A stretch of 48,211 nucleotides of DNA. It comes from Deltaproteobacteria bacterium (lineage in GTDB: Bacteria; Myxococcota; Myxococcia; Myxococcales; 40CM-4-68-19). Positions within the stretch are counted from its first letter, which is position 1, and each line of letters begins with the position of its first letter. Under the pieces are notes generated by a model that was given only the letters and a program-made list of their open reading frames with translations, was not told the DNA's origin and did not search any database. Position numbers and translations under genes: made by a program. Location: assembly GCA_025350525.1 (NCBI GenBank), contig JANXXR010000621.1:1-48211 (forward strand), in the 5' to 3' direction. Positions 16,576 through 26,917 of the stretch are shown piece by piece.

Positions 16576-17889
16576 ATGTTCGCCCTGCTCCTCGTCGCGA
16601 CGCTGACCACCGGTCCCAGCGCGGCGCGGCGCACGCCGCTGGTGCTCGCCGTCGAGCGGGCCCGGCCGGCGGTGGTCAACATCAACGCGCAGGAAGTGGT
16701 CCGCGCCGCGGCGTCGAACGACCCGTGGGCCATCTTCTTCGGCGGCGCCCGCGCCCGCGATCAGGTGCGCACCTCCCTCGGCAGCGGCTTCGTCTTCGAC
16801 AGCGGCGGCTACGTGCTCACCAACTACCATGTGGTCGCGCGCGGCAGCCGCGTGCAGGTCAGCTTCGAGGACGGCAGCGACTACCTCGCGAAAGTGGTCG
16901 GCACCGATCCCGGCGGCGACCTGGCCGTCCTCAAGATCGTCTCGGAGAAGAAGTTCGCCGCCGCCCCGCTGGGCAGCAGCGGCGATCTGATGCTGGGCGA
17001 GCCCACCATCGCCATCGGAAATCCCTTCGGCCTCAACCAGAGCGTCAGCATGGGCGTGGTCTCCGCCCTGCACCGCCCGGTCCACGCCGAGGGCCGCAGC
17101 TACTACGACTTCATCCAGACCGACGCCTCGATCAACCCCGGCAACTCCGGCGGCCCCCTGCTCAACGCCGACGGCAACGTCATCGGCGTCTGCTCGGCGG
17201 TGCTGGCCACCGGGCAGGGCATCGGGTTCGCCATCCCCATCGACCGGGCGCTGCGGGTGGCGCGCGAGCTGGTCAAGTCGGGCGGGCTGGCCGACGCCTG
17301 GTGGGGGTTCGACGCCGAGGCGCTGGACCACGACGCCGCCGAAGCGCTGGGCGCCCACGCCGGCGCGCTGGTCACCTCGGTGGAAGACGCCTCTCCGGCC
17401 ACGGCGGCTGGCCTGCGCCGCGGCGACGCCGTGATCCGCGCCGAGAGCTCGCCGGTGCACGACGCCGACGAGCTGCGCTTCCTCCTCCGCGACGTGCCGG
17501 TGGGAACGCGCGTGGCGCTGGGCGTGGTCCGCGGCAAGGAGAAGCTGGAGGTCGCCATCGTCGCGCAGCCGCTCACGCCCGAGCGCGCCCTCACCATCTT
17601 CGAGCTGCGCAGCGGCGTGAAGGTCTCCGAGCTCACGGCCAAGGAGGCGCACGAGGCCGGCTACGAGACCAGGAAGAAAGTCCTCGCCATCCAGTCGGTG
17701 GAGCGCAGCTCTTCGGCGGCGCGGGTGGGCTTGCGGCGGGGCGATCTGGTGCTCTCGGTGAACAGCGCCGACGTCGAGACGCTCAAGGATTTCCAGAAGG
17801 CGCTGGCGCAGGCGCGCAAGAGCGGGCAGGCGGTTCTCCTCGTGCAGCGCGGCTACCGGCTGCAGGAGTTCACGTTCGATCTGGGGTGA
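16576..17889 (+). CDS. HtrA/DegP-family serine protease with PDZ domains
   Basis: It has the catalytic triad context TNYHVV, DLAVLKI and GNSGGPLLNADGNVIGV. Two PDZ-like regions are present (GALVTSVEDASPATAAGLRRGDAV and LAIQSVERSSSAARVGLRRGDLV). The N-terminus is a signal peptide. Confidence 0.9.
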   Translation: MFALLLVATLTTGPSAARRTPLVLAVERARPAVVNINAQEVVRAAASNDPWAIFFGGARARDQVRTSLGSGFVFDSGGYVLTNYHVVARGSRVQVSFEDGSDYLAKVVGTDPGGDLAVLKIVSEKKFAAAPLGSSGDLMLGEPTIAIGNPFGLNQSVSMGVVSALHRPVHAEGRSYYDFIQTDASINPGNSGGPLLNADGNVIGVCSAVLATGQGIGFAIPIDRALRVARELVKSGGLADAWWGFDAEALDHDAAEALGAHAGALVTSVEDASPATAAGLRRGDAVIRAESSPVHDADELRFLLRDVPVGTRVALGVVRGKEKLEVAIVAQPLTPERALTIFELRSGVKVSELTAKEAHEAGYETRKKVLAIQSVERSSSAARVGLRRGDLVLSVNSADVETLKDFQKALAQARKSGQAVLLVQRGYRLQEFTFDLG

Positions 17890-17894
17890 CAGGC

Positions 17895-18176
17895 ATGGCC
17901 GACGAATCGAAGGCGCCCACGCTGGACTTCTCCGCGCTCGTCCTCTCGCTGGGGTCGAGCGCCATCGTCCACCTGGGCGAGGCGCCCGATCCGACCACCG
18001 GGCAGAAGGCCGGCCAGCCGGAGCTGCCCATGGCGCAACAGAGCATAGATCTCTTAGCCATGTTGCAGGAGAAGACGCGCGGCAACCTCACCAACGAGGA
18101 GGCGCGCTTCCTCGAGAACATGCTCTTCGATCTGCGCATGCTCTACGTGCAGGTCTCGCAGCGCACGCCCCGGTAG
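17895..18176 (+). CDS. DUF1844-like small protein
   Basis: The ATG at 17895 lies in the tail of track ORF 16725..18176. The typical blocks are LDFSALVLSLGSSAIVHLGE and AQQSIDLLAMLQEKTRGNLT.EE...L...L..LRM.Y. Confidence 0.7.
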   Translation: MADESKAPTLDFSALVLSLGSSAIVHLGEAPDPTTGQKAGQPELPMAQQSIDLLAMLQEKTRGNLTNEEARFLENMLFDLRMLYVQVSQRTPR

Positions 18177-18288
18177 CCCGCCCCACCCGCGATCAAAACC
18201 TGAGCGGCGGAGTGCAGGCAAGCCAGCGGCCGACCGCCCGGACTTCAGGGAGCCGGGCAGAGAGGCCCAGCCGTACGTAAGCTCCGAT

Positions 18289-18309
18289 CCTGTTCATTGG
18301 GCGAACAGG
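18289..18309 (+). promoter_or_regulatory. 7-bp stem hairpin (CCTGTTC-N7-GAACAGG) abutting the ribosome-binding region of the DUF3494 gene
   Basis: It is read directly from the sequence. The 3' arm runs into GGAAAGAAGG, 4-13 nt upstream of the GTG at 18322. Its function is speculative. Confidence 0.3.
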
Positions 18310-18321
18310 AAAGAAGGCCAC

Positions 18322-19683
18322 GTGGCTCGCACTCCCCTGTTCGGTCTCTTCGCGCTGTTCGCCGTCTCCTGCGGCAGCGGCACCGTTGGCTACACTGCTG
18401 CCTCCCCGTCTGCGAACCCGCCGGCGTCTGCGACCCCTCCGGCACCGACCTCGGGTCCCGCGCCCGTCGCGCCGCCGGCAGCCACCTCATCCCCGGCCGC
18501 ACCGTCGCTGGGCAGCGCGGCGTCCTTCTCCGTGCTCGGGGCCCAGACCGTGACCAACACCGGTCCGACTGCTCTCGCCGGGGACTTGGGCGTCAGCCCG
18601 GGCAGCGCGATTACAGGTTTTCCTCCGGGGCTGGTCCTGGGAACGACCCATGCGGCCGACACGGCCGCCGCCAATGCGCAGAGCGACACCACCTCCGCGT
18701 ACGACCTCTTGTCCGGCGCACCCTGCACGGTGGATCTGACCGGGCAAGACCTGGCCGGAAAGACGCTGGTCGAGGGAGTCTACTGCTTCACCTCCGATGC
18801 GCTGCTGACCGGGAATTTGACCCTCGACGCGCAGAACCACGCCGACGCGGTCTTCATCTTCAAGATCTCGAGCAAGCTGACGGCGGCGACCGGATCGTCG
18901 GTGCTGCTCGTCAACGGCGGCAGCGCCTGCGACGTCTTCTGGAAGGTGGGAAGCTCGGCCACCATCGGCACCAGCTCTTCCTTCCTGGGGAACATCGTCG
19001 CGCTGACCAGCATCGCTTTGCAGACCGGAGCCAGGCTTTCCGGCCGGGCCTTGGCGCGCAACGGGTCCGTGACGCTGGACGACAACCAGGTCAGCGGCTG
19101 CGCCGTGGGCGCGACCGACGGCGGCGTGCTCGACGCTGGCACTCCCGACGCCGGCCCCGCCGACGCCGGCACTCCTGACGCCGGCCCCGCCGACGCTGGC
19201 TCTGCTCCAGACGGTGGAGCAGGCATCGACGCAGGGCATGGCGGTGGACTCGATGCCGGCAACGGCGGCGGCGTCGCTGCCGTCACACAGTGCAAAGGCG
19301 TCTGCACCGACCTCGACCTCGACGCCAACAACTGCGGCGCCTGCGGAGCCCGGTGTTCATCCAGCCAGGTCTGCCGCGGCGGAGCCTGCGCCCGATGCCC
19401 GTCGAAGGACACGCAGTGCAAGGATCAGTGCGCGGATCTGATGGCCGACAACGCCAACTGCGGGGCCTGCGGCAAGGTCTGCACCGGCAAGAACGGCACC
19501 TGTGTCGGGGGCGTCTGCAGCCCTTGCGATGGCGCCGTCTGCGGGAACGCCTGCGTCTGGCTGGACAAGGACCACGCCAACTGCGGCGCCTGCGGCAACG
19601 CTTGCGGCGCGGACCAGTGCTGCGTGAACAGCCAGTGCACCCCCAGATCCTCGACGAGCGGCGGCTCTTGCACGCGCCACTGA
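18322..19683 (+). CDS. Ice-binding-family (DUF3494) lipoprotein fused to C-terminal Cys-rich NxCGxCGxxC repeats
   Basis: It has the lipobox LFAVSCGS and a Pro/Ala linker. A full-length DUF3494 signature follows: SFSVLGAQTVTNTGPTALAGDLGVSPGSAITGFPPG, VYCFTSDALLTGNLTLDAQNHADAVFIFKISSKLT, CDVFWKVGSSATIG, GNIVALTSIAL and GRALARNGSVTLD. Next come the DAGTPDAGPA repeats, then four or more modules containing N(N/A)CGACG..C. Confidence 0.85.
   Translation: MARTPLFGLFALFAVSCGSGTVGYTAASPSANPPASATPPAPTSGPAPVAPPAATSSPAAPSLGSAASFSVLGAQTVTNTGPTALAGDLGVSPGSAITGFPPGLVLGTTHAADTAAANAQSDTTSAYDLLSGAPCTVDLTGQDLAGKTLVEGVYCFTSDALLTGNLTLDAQNHADAVFIFKISSKLTAATGSSVLLVNGGSACDVFWKVGSSATIGTSSSFLGNIVALTSIALQTGARLSGRALARNGSVTLDDNQVSGCAVGATDGGVLDAGTPDAGPADAGTPDAGPADAGSAPDGGAGIDAGHGGGLDAGNGGGVAAVTQCKGVCTDLDLDANNCGACGARCSSSQVCRGGACARCPSKDTQCKDQCADLMADNANCGACGKVCTGKNGTCVGGVCSPCDGAVCGNACVWLDKDHANCGACGNACGADQCCVNSQCTPRSSTSGGSCTRH
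19141..19200. repeat. 30-bp tandem duplication encoding (TPDAGPADAG)x2
   Basis: 19141-19170 and 19171-19200 differ at 2 positions. The repeat is in-frame and lies in the linker of the DUF3494 protein. Confidence 0.9.
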
Positions 19684-20514
19684 TCAGGTCTCGGTAAAGA
19701 GGCCGTACTGCCGGGCGCCGTCGTCGCCCGACAAGGTCCAACCCACCTGGCAGCCCGCGAACAGGTGCGGGCCAAGGCCGCACGCGGGCGTGAGCAGAAA
19801 CGACAGCAGCCGGCGCGCGCGCAAAGGCTCGATGCCCAGCGCCTCGGCGAGGAAGACGACGCCGGCCGCGGTGAACTCGTCGAGCGGCACGCGGCGGGAA
19901 TGCTCGTCCTCGGTGGCGCCGCCCCAGGTCAGGTCGCTGCGGCCCATCGAGGAATCGAGCGCCTCGAAGACGAGGTCGAGGCGCTGGAGCGTCGTGCCTT
20001 CCAGCGTGCCGCGCAGGACGGCGAAGGGCGCCCGGAACTCGAGGATGTTTGCCGGCGCGCCGCTGCCGATGCCGCGCGCCAGCGGAGCCGCGAGCGGACT
20101 GCCCGCGAGCCGCGCCGCTGCGTTGCCGAGGAGCCGCCGCTCCTTCGCGCGCCGCGCCGAATCGCCCAGCGCGAGGAAGCGAGCCTGCAGGGGGAGATTG
20201 GGTCCGATGCGGCGGAGCAGTTCGTCCAGCTCGCGCGCCGCGCCCGCGTCGTCGCCCAGCGCCTCGAGCGCCGCCGCCCGCTGCGCCCGGGCGCCCACGT
20301 GGTCGGGATCGAGGGCCAGCGCCTCGCCCTGCGCGAAGGCGGCCAGCCCGACCTCTCCTGCTTCCAGGTGCGCGAGGCCGCGCTCGTGAGGAAGCTCCGC
20401 GTCGCGCGGGGCCAGCTTCTCCGCCTGCCGGAAGGCGCGGACCGCAGCGTGCGGCTCGCCGGCCTTGAACGCCGCCCGGGCTTGCAGAAGCAAGGTCGGA
20501 AGATCCTCGGCCAT
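19684..20514 (-). CDS. Hypothetical protein with TPR-like N-terminal half
   Basis: It shows coding-type GC3. The start is ATG 20514 (MAEDLPTLLLQARAAF...), with an alternative at 20532. The TPR-like helices then give way to an uncharacterised C-terminal domain. Its stop codon abuts the stop of the convergent gene (TGATCA). Confidence 0.6.
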   Translation of the reverse strand: MAEDLPTLLLQARAAFKAGEPHAAVRAFRQAEKLAPRDAELPHERGLAHLEAGEVGLAAFAQGEALALDPDHVGARAQRAAALEALGDDAGAARELDELLRRIGPNLPLQARFLALGDSARRAKERRLLGNAAARLAGSPLAAPLARGIGSGAPANILEFRAPFAVLRGTLEGTTLQRLDLVFEALDSSMGRSDLTWGGATEDEHSRRVPLDEFTAAGVVFLAEALGIEPLRARRLLSFLLTPACGLGPHLFAGCQVGWTLSGDDGARQYGLFTET

Positions 20515-20535
20515 GGGCGCGCAAGCTAGCACGCA

Positions 20536-20563
20536 CTTGCACGAGCCTTGCCACGCCCTTTTC
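20536..20563 (+). promoter_or_regulatory. Possible heat-shock-type promoter upstream of clpB
   Basis: CTTGCA at 20536-41 is followed 14 nt later by CCCTTTTC. This loosely resembles the sigma-32 consensus CTTGAA-N13-15-CCCCATNT. It is a pattern match only. Confidence 0.2.
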
Positions 20564-20581
20564 TTGTCTTAGGTTGGCGCC

Positions 20582-23191
<2,610 letters not shown>

Positions 23192-23200
23192 ACTGCGGGC

Positions 23201-23941
23201 ATGGGCCTCTTCCTCGGTCTTCTCCTGGCTGCCGCGGCGGGACCGGATCCGGCGCGGCTCGCCGGCGCGCGCTATTCCGACGCGGGCGACGTCGGGCGCA
23301 TCCGGGCGGCGGCCTGGCGACCTTCGGATGCCCGCAACGGCGGGCGCAGCGTGCTCCTGGTCGCTCCCGGCCGCATGGTGCTCGACTGGCGCACGGACGG
23401 AGCCTCCTGCAGCTTCACTTCCCGGCGCAGCGCCTCTGGCTGGGCCTTGCGCGTCGACTGCGGCGGCGGGCCGGCGACGGCGACCTGGTCCTGGCTTCCG
23501 GGCGGCGGCGTGCGCACCAGCGTCTTCCAGCTGGCGGCGCCGCAGATGTCCGACGCCCAGGTCGAGCTGGTCCGCTTCGATCGCGACTTCGCCCAGGTGG
23601 AGAAGGAGTATCGCGCGCGCTACCGGCAGGAATCTTTGCAGAAGCTCGCGGGCCGCTGGGAAGACGCCTCGGGGAACTCCGAGGTGGTCCTCGATCCGCG
23701 GCGTCCGGCGCTCGGCGGCCGATCCGCGGAAGTGCAGGCCGCGCCCTGCCTGCCGCTCGGGGCGATGCCCGGCGCGGGCGAGGCCATCTGCCTCTCCGTC
23801 GTCAGCGGCGACGACCGGCTCTTTCTCGTGCAGCAGGAAGATCGGCTCTTCGAGTGCGCCTGGGACGAAGGGGGCGAAGGGGCCGTCTTCGATCTGGCGC
23901 AAGGCTCCCGCATCTTCACCCGCGCGGCGACGCGCCCCTGA
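23201..23941 (+). CDS. Hypothetical secreted protein
   Basis: The N-terminus is hydrophobic (MGLFLGLLLAAAAG) and the ORF shows coding GC3. Its stop overlaps the next start (TGATG). I recognise no family. Confidence 0.55.
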   Translation: MGLFLGLLLAAAAGPDPARLAGARYSDAGDVGRIRAAAWRPSDARNGGRSVLLVAPGRMVLDWRTDGASCSFTSRRSASGWALRVDCGGGPATATWSWLPGGGVRTSVFQLAAPQMSDAQVELVRFDRDFAQVEKEYRARYRQESLQKLAGRWEDASGNSEVVLDPRRPALGGRSAEVQAAPCLPLGAMPGAGEAICLSVVSGDDRLFLVQQEDRLFECAWDEGGEGAVFDLAQGSRIFTRAATRP

Positions 23942-24444
23942 TGGACCCCGCGCTGCTCGACCGGCTGCGCGAGGAGAGCGGGCTGCGGCTCGACAAGGAA
24001 GGCCGCTTCTGGCACCGCGACGGCCTGGTCGAGCACGCCCGGACGCTGGCGGTCCTGCACCAGGGCATCCACCGGGCGGCCGACGGGCGCTGGGCCACGC
24101 GCATCGGGAGGGAGTGGGGATACCTCGAGGTCGAGGACGCAGCGCTCTGGATCCGGCGCATCGAGACCCAGGCGCCGGCCGAGCGCGCGGGAGGAGGGCT
24201 CCTGGCCCGCGCGCAGCTGGCGTCGGGCGAGTGGGTGGACTTCGATCCGGCCACGCTGGCGAGCGGCGCCGACGACGCGCTCTACGCCCGCATCCGCGGA
24301 GAGCGGGCCCGGCTGACCCGCCCGGCGCAGCTGGCCTTGTCGGACGCGCTCTCGGAGGAACCGGGCGGCTTTGTCTTGGAGCTGGCCGGGCAGCGCTACC
24401 GCGTCGGACGCGACCACGGCCCCGAGCCGCTGCGCAAGCCCTGA
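23941..24444 (+). CDS. DUF1285-like protein
   Basis: It lies in the tail of track ORF 22216..24444, starting at ATG 23941. The pattern LRLDKEGRFWHRDGLVEHARTLAVLHQGI...DGRWATRIGREWGYLEVEDAALWI fits my memory of DUF1285. The family call is tentative. Confidence 0.55.
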   Translation: MDPALLDRLREESGLRLDKEGRFWHRDGLVEHARTLAVLHQGIHRAADGRWATRIGREWGYLEVEDAALWIRRIETQAPAERAGGGLLARAQLASGEWVDFDPATLASGADDALYARIRGERARLTRPAQLALSDALSEEPGGFVLELAGQRYRVGRDHGPEPLRKP

Positions 24445-24525
24445 GTCATCGGCTCCTCTGGGGCGCCCGCTGGGAAGGCGTCGCCATCCTGCCCCGCCGG
24501 TCCCGGGTCGGCGAAGTATTCGGGG

Positions 24526-25143
24526 TCAGGGCTCGAGGAGCGTCGGCCAGTACGCTACCGGCAGCGGCCCGGCGCGACTCTTGAGCCAGCCGACCGAAAG
24601 CAGCCAGGTGCGCGGCCCCGCCAGCGGCGCGGACGATGCGCAGGGATCGGTCTGCGGCGCGCTCGCCTCGCGGTGGTGCAGGTGGTTGTCGAGCAAGTAC
24701 CGCACCGCCCGCCGGACTTCCGCCGGCGTCTTGAGCTCGCGGGCGAAGTAGTGGTCGGCAAAGACGCGCCCGCTGCGGCCGGCGGCGCGGTTCACCGCCC
24801 GCGCCACCCGCACCGCCAAGCCCTGCATGCCGCGCGAGAGGGCGCGCTTGTCCTGCGCTTCGACCACCAAATGGAGGTGATTGCCCTGCACCGAGTAGTG
24901 CACCAGGCGGAAGTTCCCGCGCAGGCCGCCGGCCCGCAGCGCCTGGCGGAGCTTCTCCATCACCGCCCGCTTGCGCAGCGGCGGGACGTCCGGCCGGGCG
25001 CGCAGGACCGCATGCAGCGGATAACGCGCGAGGTGGGCCGGGCGCGGCCGGTGCGAGACCCGCCGCAGCGGACCCTTGGCCTTGCGTCCGGCGCCCTTTC
25101 GGCGTCCGCCCCAGGTAGGCAATTCGAGCTGGCGAGGTGTCAT
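24526..25143 (-). CDS. IS200-like / REP-associated tyrosine transposase (RAYT)-type HUH protein
   Basis: The start is ATG 25143 (MTPRQLELPTWGGRRKGAGRK). The HUH motif lies in HYSVQGNHLHLVVE and the catalytic-Tyr region in AVRYLLDNHLHH. The C-terminal P.TWLL..GW block is typical of this family. Confidence 0.8.
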   Translation of the reverse strand: MTPRQLELPTWGGRRKGAGRKAKGPLRRVSHRPRPAHLARYPLHAVLRARPDVPPLRKRAVMEKLRQALRAGGLRGNFRLVHYSVQGNHLHLVVEAQDKRALSRGMQGLAVRVARAVNRAAGRSGRVFADHYFARELKTPAEVRRAVRYLLDNHLHHREASAPQTDPCASSAPLAGPRTWLLSVGWLKSRAGPLPVAYWPTLLEP

Positions 25144-25204
25144 CTTGATTGAGGATTGTATAGACTCCGACACGCCTGTCAAGAAGAACCCAGTCGACAG
25201 GAAG

Positions 25205-25486
25205 CGGTCCAAACCAGACGAGTGGCGTCGCGACTACAATGAAGACCGGCCCCACGAGGCGCTCGGCGAGGTCGCACCGGCTCTCATCTACCGGCGCTCG
25301 CCGCGCCGCTATCCGCGGAAGCTGCTCAATCTTCCGAGCTGGCACGAGGCCAGTGATGTCGATCGCTACGGCTGCATCCGCTGGCGCAGGCGAAAGCTCT
25401 GTGTCACCCGCGCTCTCGCTGGGGAAATCGTCGAGCTGGAAAGGTCCGGTGAATGGTCTGACCGATCCGCTCCCTCGATCGAATAA
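25205..25486 (+). pseudogene. Truncated C-terminal remnant of an IS481/IS3-like DDE transposase (rve domain end)
   Basis: The fragment DEWRRDYNEDRPHEALGEVAPALIYRRSPRRYPRKL ... YGCIRWRRRKLCVTRALAGEIVELE matches the C-terminus of IS481-type transposases. No N-terminal HTH or DDE core lies upstream, where the RAYT-type gene sits instead. Confidence 0.65.
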
Positions 25487-25831
25487 TCGCTGACCTCGAC
25501 GAACGGAAACTCAATCGGGGAGCGAAGACCAGCCACGACCGAGGCGTAAAGGTCGACCACGTCGTCCTTCTTGGGCTCCCCGGCCGGGGGGTGTCGCTGT
25601 CCCCCCTCCTGCGGTGCTGATTTGTAGAGGAGATCGCAGGTTGCTCACGTGGTCCAATTGCTCGCGGATGTCGAGCGCGGGCCATTAGGCCTTTGTCCAG
25701 ACCGCACTGGAGGCAGTGGACCGCTCGATGGCCAAGGCGATCAGCGCTGGCGTGAGTTGCGCTCAGCCGGAGCGCACGACGCTCAATTCCAGCGGCGAGA
25801 CTGGACGGTGTGCGCGCGCGGCTCGGTTCGA

Positions 25832-26809
25832 TCAAAGCTCGATGCCGACGCCGAGCACTCCGTCTGGAATCCAGCCGTAGCTTGCCCTGCCCGCGGTGCC
25901 GATCCCGTGGGTTCCCGACTCAGGTACCCGCTCCCGGTATCCTCCCGCGCCGGCGCCGGCCTCGACGAAGAACGGATCCAGGTTCCAGCGGTACCCGACC
26001 ACGAGCGTCAGCGTGGAGAGGCTGCCGCGAAATCTGGGCGAGGTCGGTCCCCGAAGATCGTAGTCCGCCCAGACCGAGAATACAGAGTCGGTGAAGTTCA
26101 ACGAGACGAAGAGGTTGCGCCGCGCGCCTGCGTACCAGCGCAGCCCTGCGCTGAAGCCGACGGGATCGTCGGCGGTGACGGAGCTCCCTTCCGCCTTTGC
26201 CAGCAGGCCAATCCCGACGAACAACTCGAGCTGCCGCGTCCCGGCCTCTACCCGCACGCCCGCGCCGTCGTAGGCGGTGCCGAGCCCGAGCGAAACACCG
26301 GCGCGAAGGCCTTGCGCGAGCAGGAGTGCGGCCAGCATGTGCCAACGCGACCGCGGCCAAGGCTGGCCGATCACATCTACGCCCTTCGCGGCGCGCCCCG
26401 CCTTGTCATCGGCAACTTCAGCGGCGTCGAGAGAGGCGGAGGCCGGCGCGGATGCCGCAGTACCCCCCGGCGGCGCAGAGCGCAGCGTGCCGAGCAGGGC
26501 CAAGAGCGGCAGCCAGAGCAGGTCGGCGAAGACCGGACGCTGCGCGCCCGGGGCGAGAGGAGCCGCAGCGATGGTCAGCCCGAGCACCGCGGCCACCAGC
26601 GCGACGGCGAAGGCGCCGCCACCGGCGCCCACGGCTGGGGGCACCTCGGCGACCAGCGCCACGCCGAGCGAGACCAGCGCGGCGCAGAGGGCCAGCAGCG
26701 CCGCGAAGGCCGCGCCCGGCAGCGGCGCGAGGCGGAAGAGCAGCGCCGCCAGCACCACCGAGAGGACGCCGACGGCCAGCGCCCAGACCGCCGCGCGCAG
26801 CTTGTTCAT
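25832..26809 (-). CDS. Hypothetical integral membrane protein with N-terminal Ala/Leu-rich TM helices and a C-terminal beta-rich domain
   Basis: The ORF is 325 aa with coding GC3. The N-terminal ~110 aa is hydrophobic. The C-terminal half shows alternating patterns (FVSLNFTDSVFSVWADYDL, LTLVVGYRWNL). I recognise no family. Confidence 0.55.
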   Translation of the reverse strand: MNKLRAAVWALAVGVLSVVLAALLFRLAPLPGAAFAALLALCAALVSLGVALVAEVPPAVGAGGGAFAVALVAAVLGLTIAAAPLAPGAQRPVFADLLWLPLLALLGTLRSAPPGGTAASAPASASLDAAEVADDKAGRAAKGVDVIGQPWPRSRWHMLAALLLAQGLRAGVSLGLGTAYDGAGVRVEAGTRQLELFVGIGLLAKAEGSSVTADDPVGFSAGLRWYAGARRNLFVSLNFTDSVFSVWADYDLRGPTSPRFRGSLSTLTLVVGYRWNLDPFFVEAGAGAGGYRERVPESGTHGIGTAGRASYGWIPDGVLGVGIEL

Positions 26810-26853
26810 CGCCGCCGCCCGCGGGGCCGGGACATCGACAGCAGCCCGCCGGC

Positions 26854-26907
26854 GGTGCGCGAGAGTCTCAGACCGCCCCCGGTGCGCGAGAGGCTCGGGC
26901 CGCCGCC
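26854..26907. repeat. 27-bp imperfect tandem repeat x2 in the truA / downstream-gene spacer
   Basis: GGTGCGCGAGAGTCTCAGACCGCCCCC and GGTGCGCGAGAGGCTCGGGCCGCCGCC are identical at 23 of 27 positions. Confidence 0.8.
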
Positions 26908-26917
26908 GGGGTCGGCT

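Larger units (their letters stand above)
24526..25486. mobile_element. Mobile-DNA scar: an HUH transposase gene abutting a decapitated IS481-like transposase
   Basis: This is the juxtaposition of the two features above, separated by a comparatively AT-rich ~60-bp spacer (25144-25204). Confidence 0.55.

Noticed and set aside
19681-19686. Convergent genes sit end to end as TGATCA with zero spacer. Overlapping convergent stops form TTAA at 40564-40567.
   Set aside because: This is consistent with the general compaction of this genome. No additional structure surrounds either site, so it is probably not a functional element in itself.
20521-20550. A CIRCE-like half-site, CTAGCACGC, lies upstream of clpB.
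   Set aside because: Only one arm resembles TTAGCACTC. The sequence 9 nt downstream (AGCCTTGCC) does not form the required inverted repeat.
25366-25835. Minus-strand ORFs of 64 aa and 143 aa overlap the transposase remnant and the adjacent spacer.
   Set aside because: They have no start context, no motifs and Arg/Ser/Pro-rich composition, and they lie antisense to a recognisable transposase fragment.
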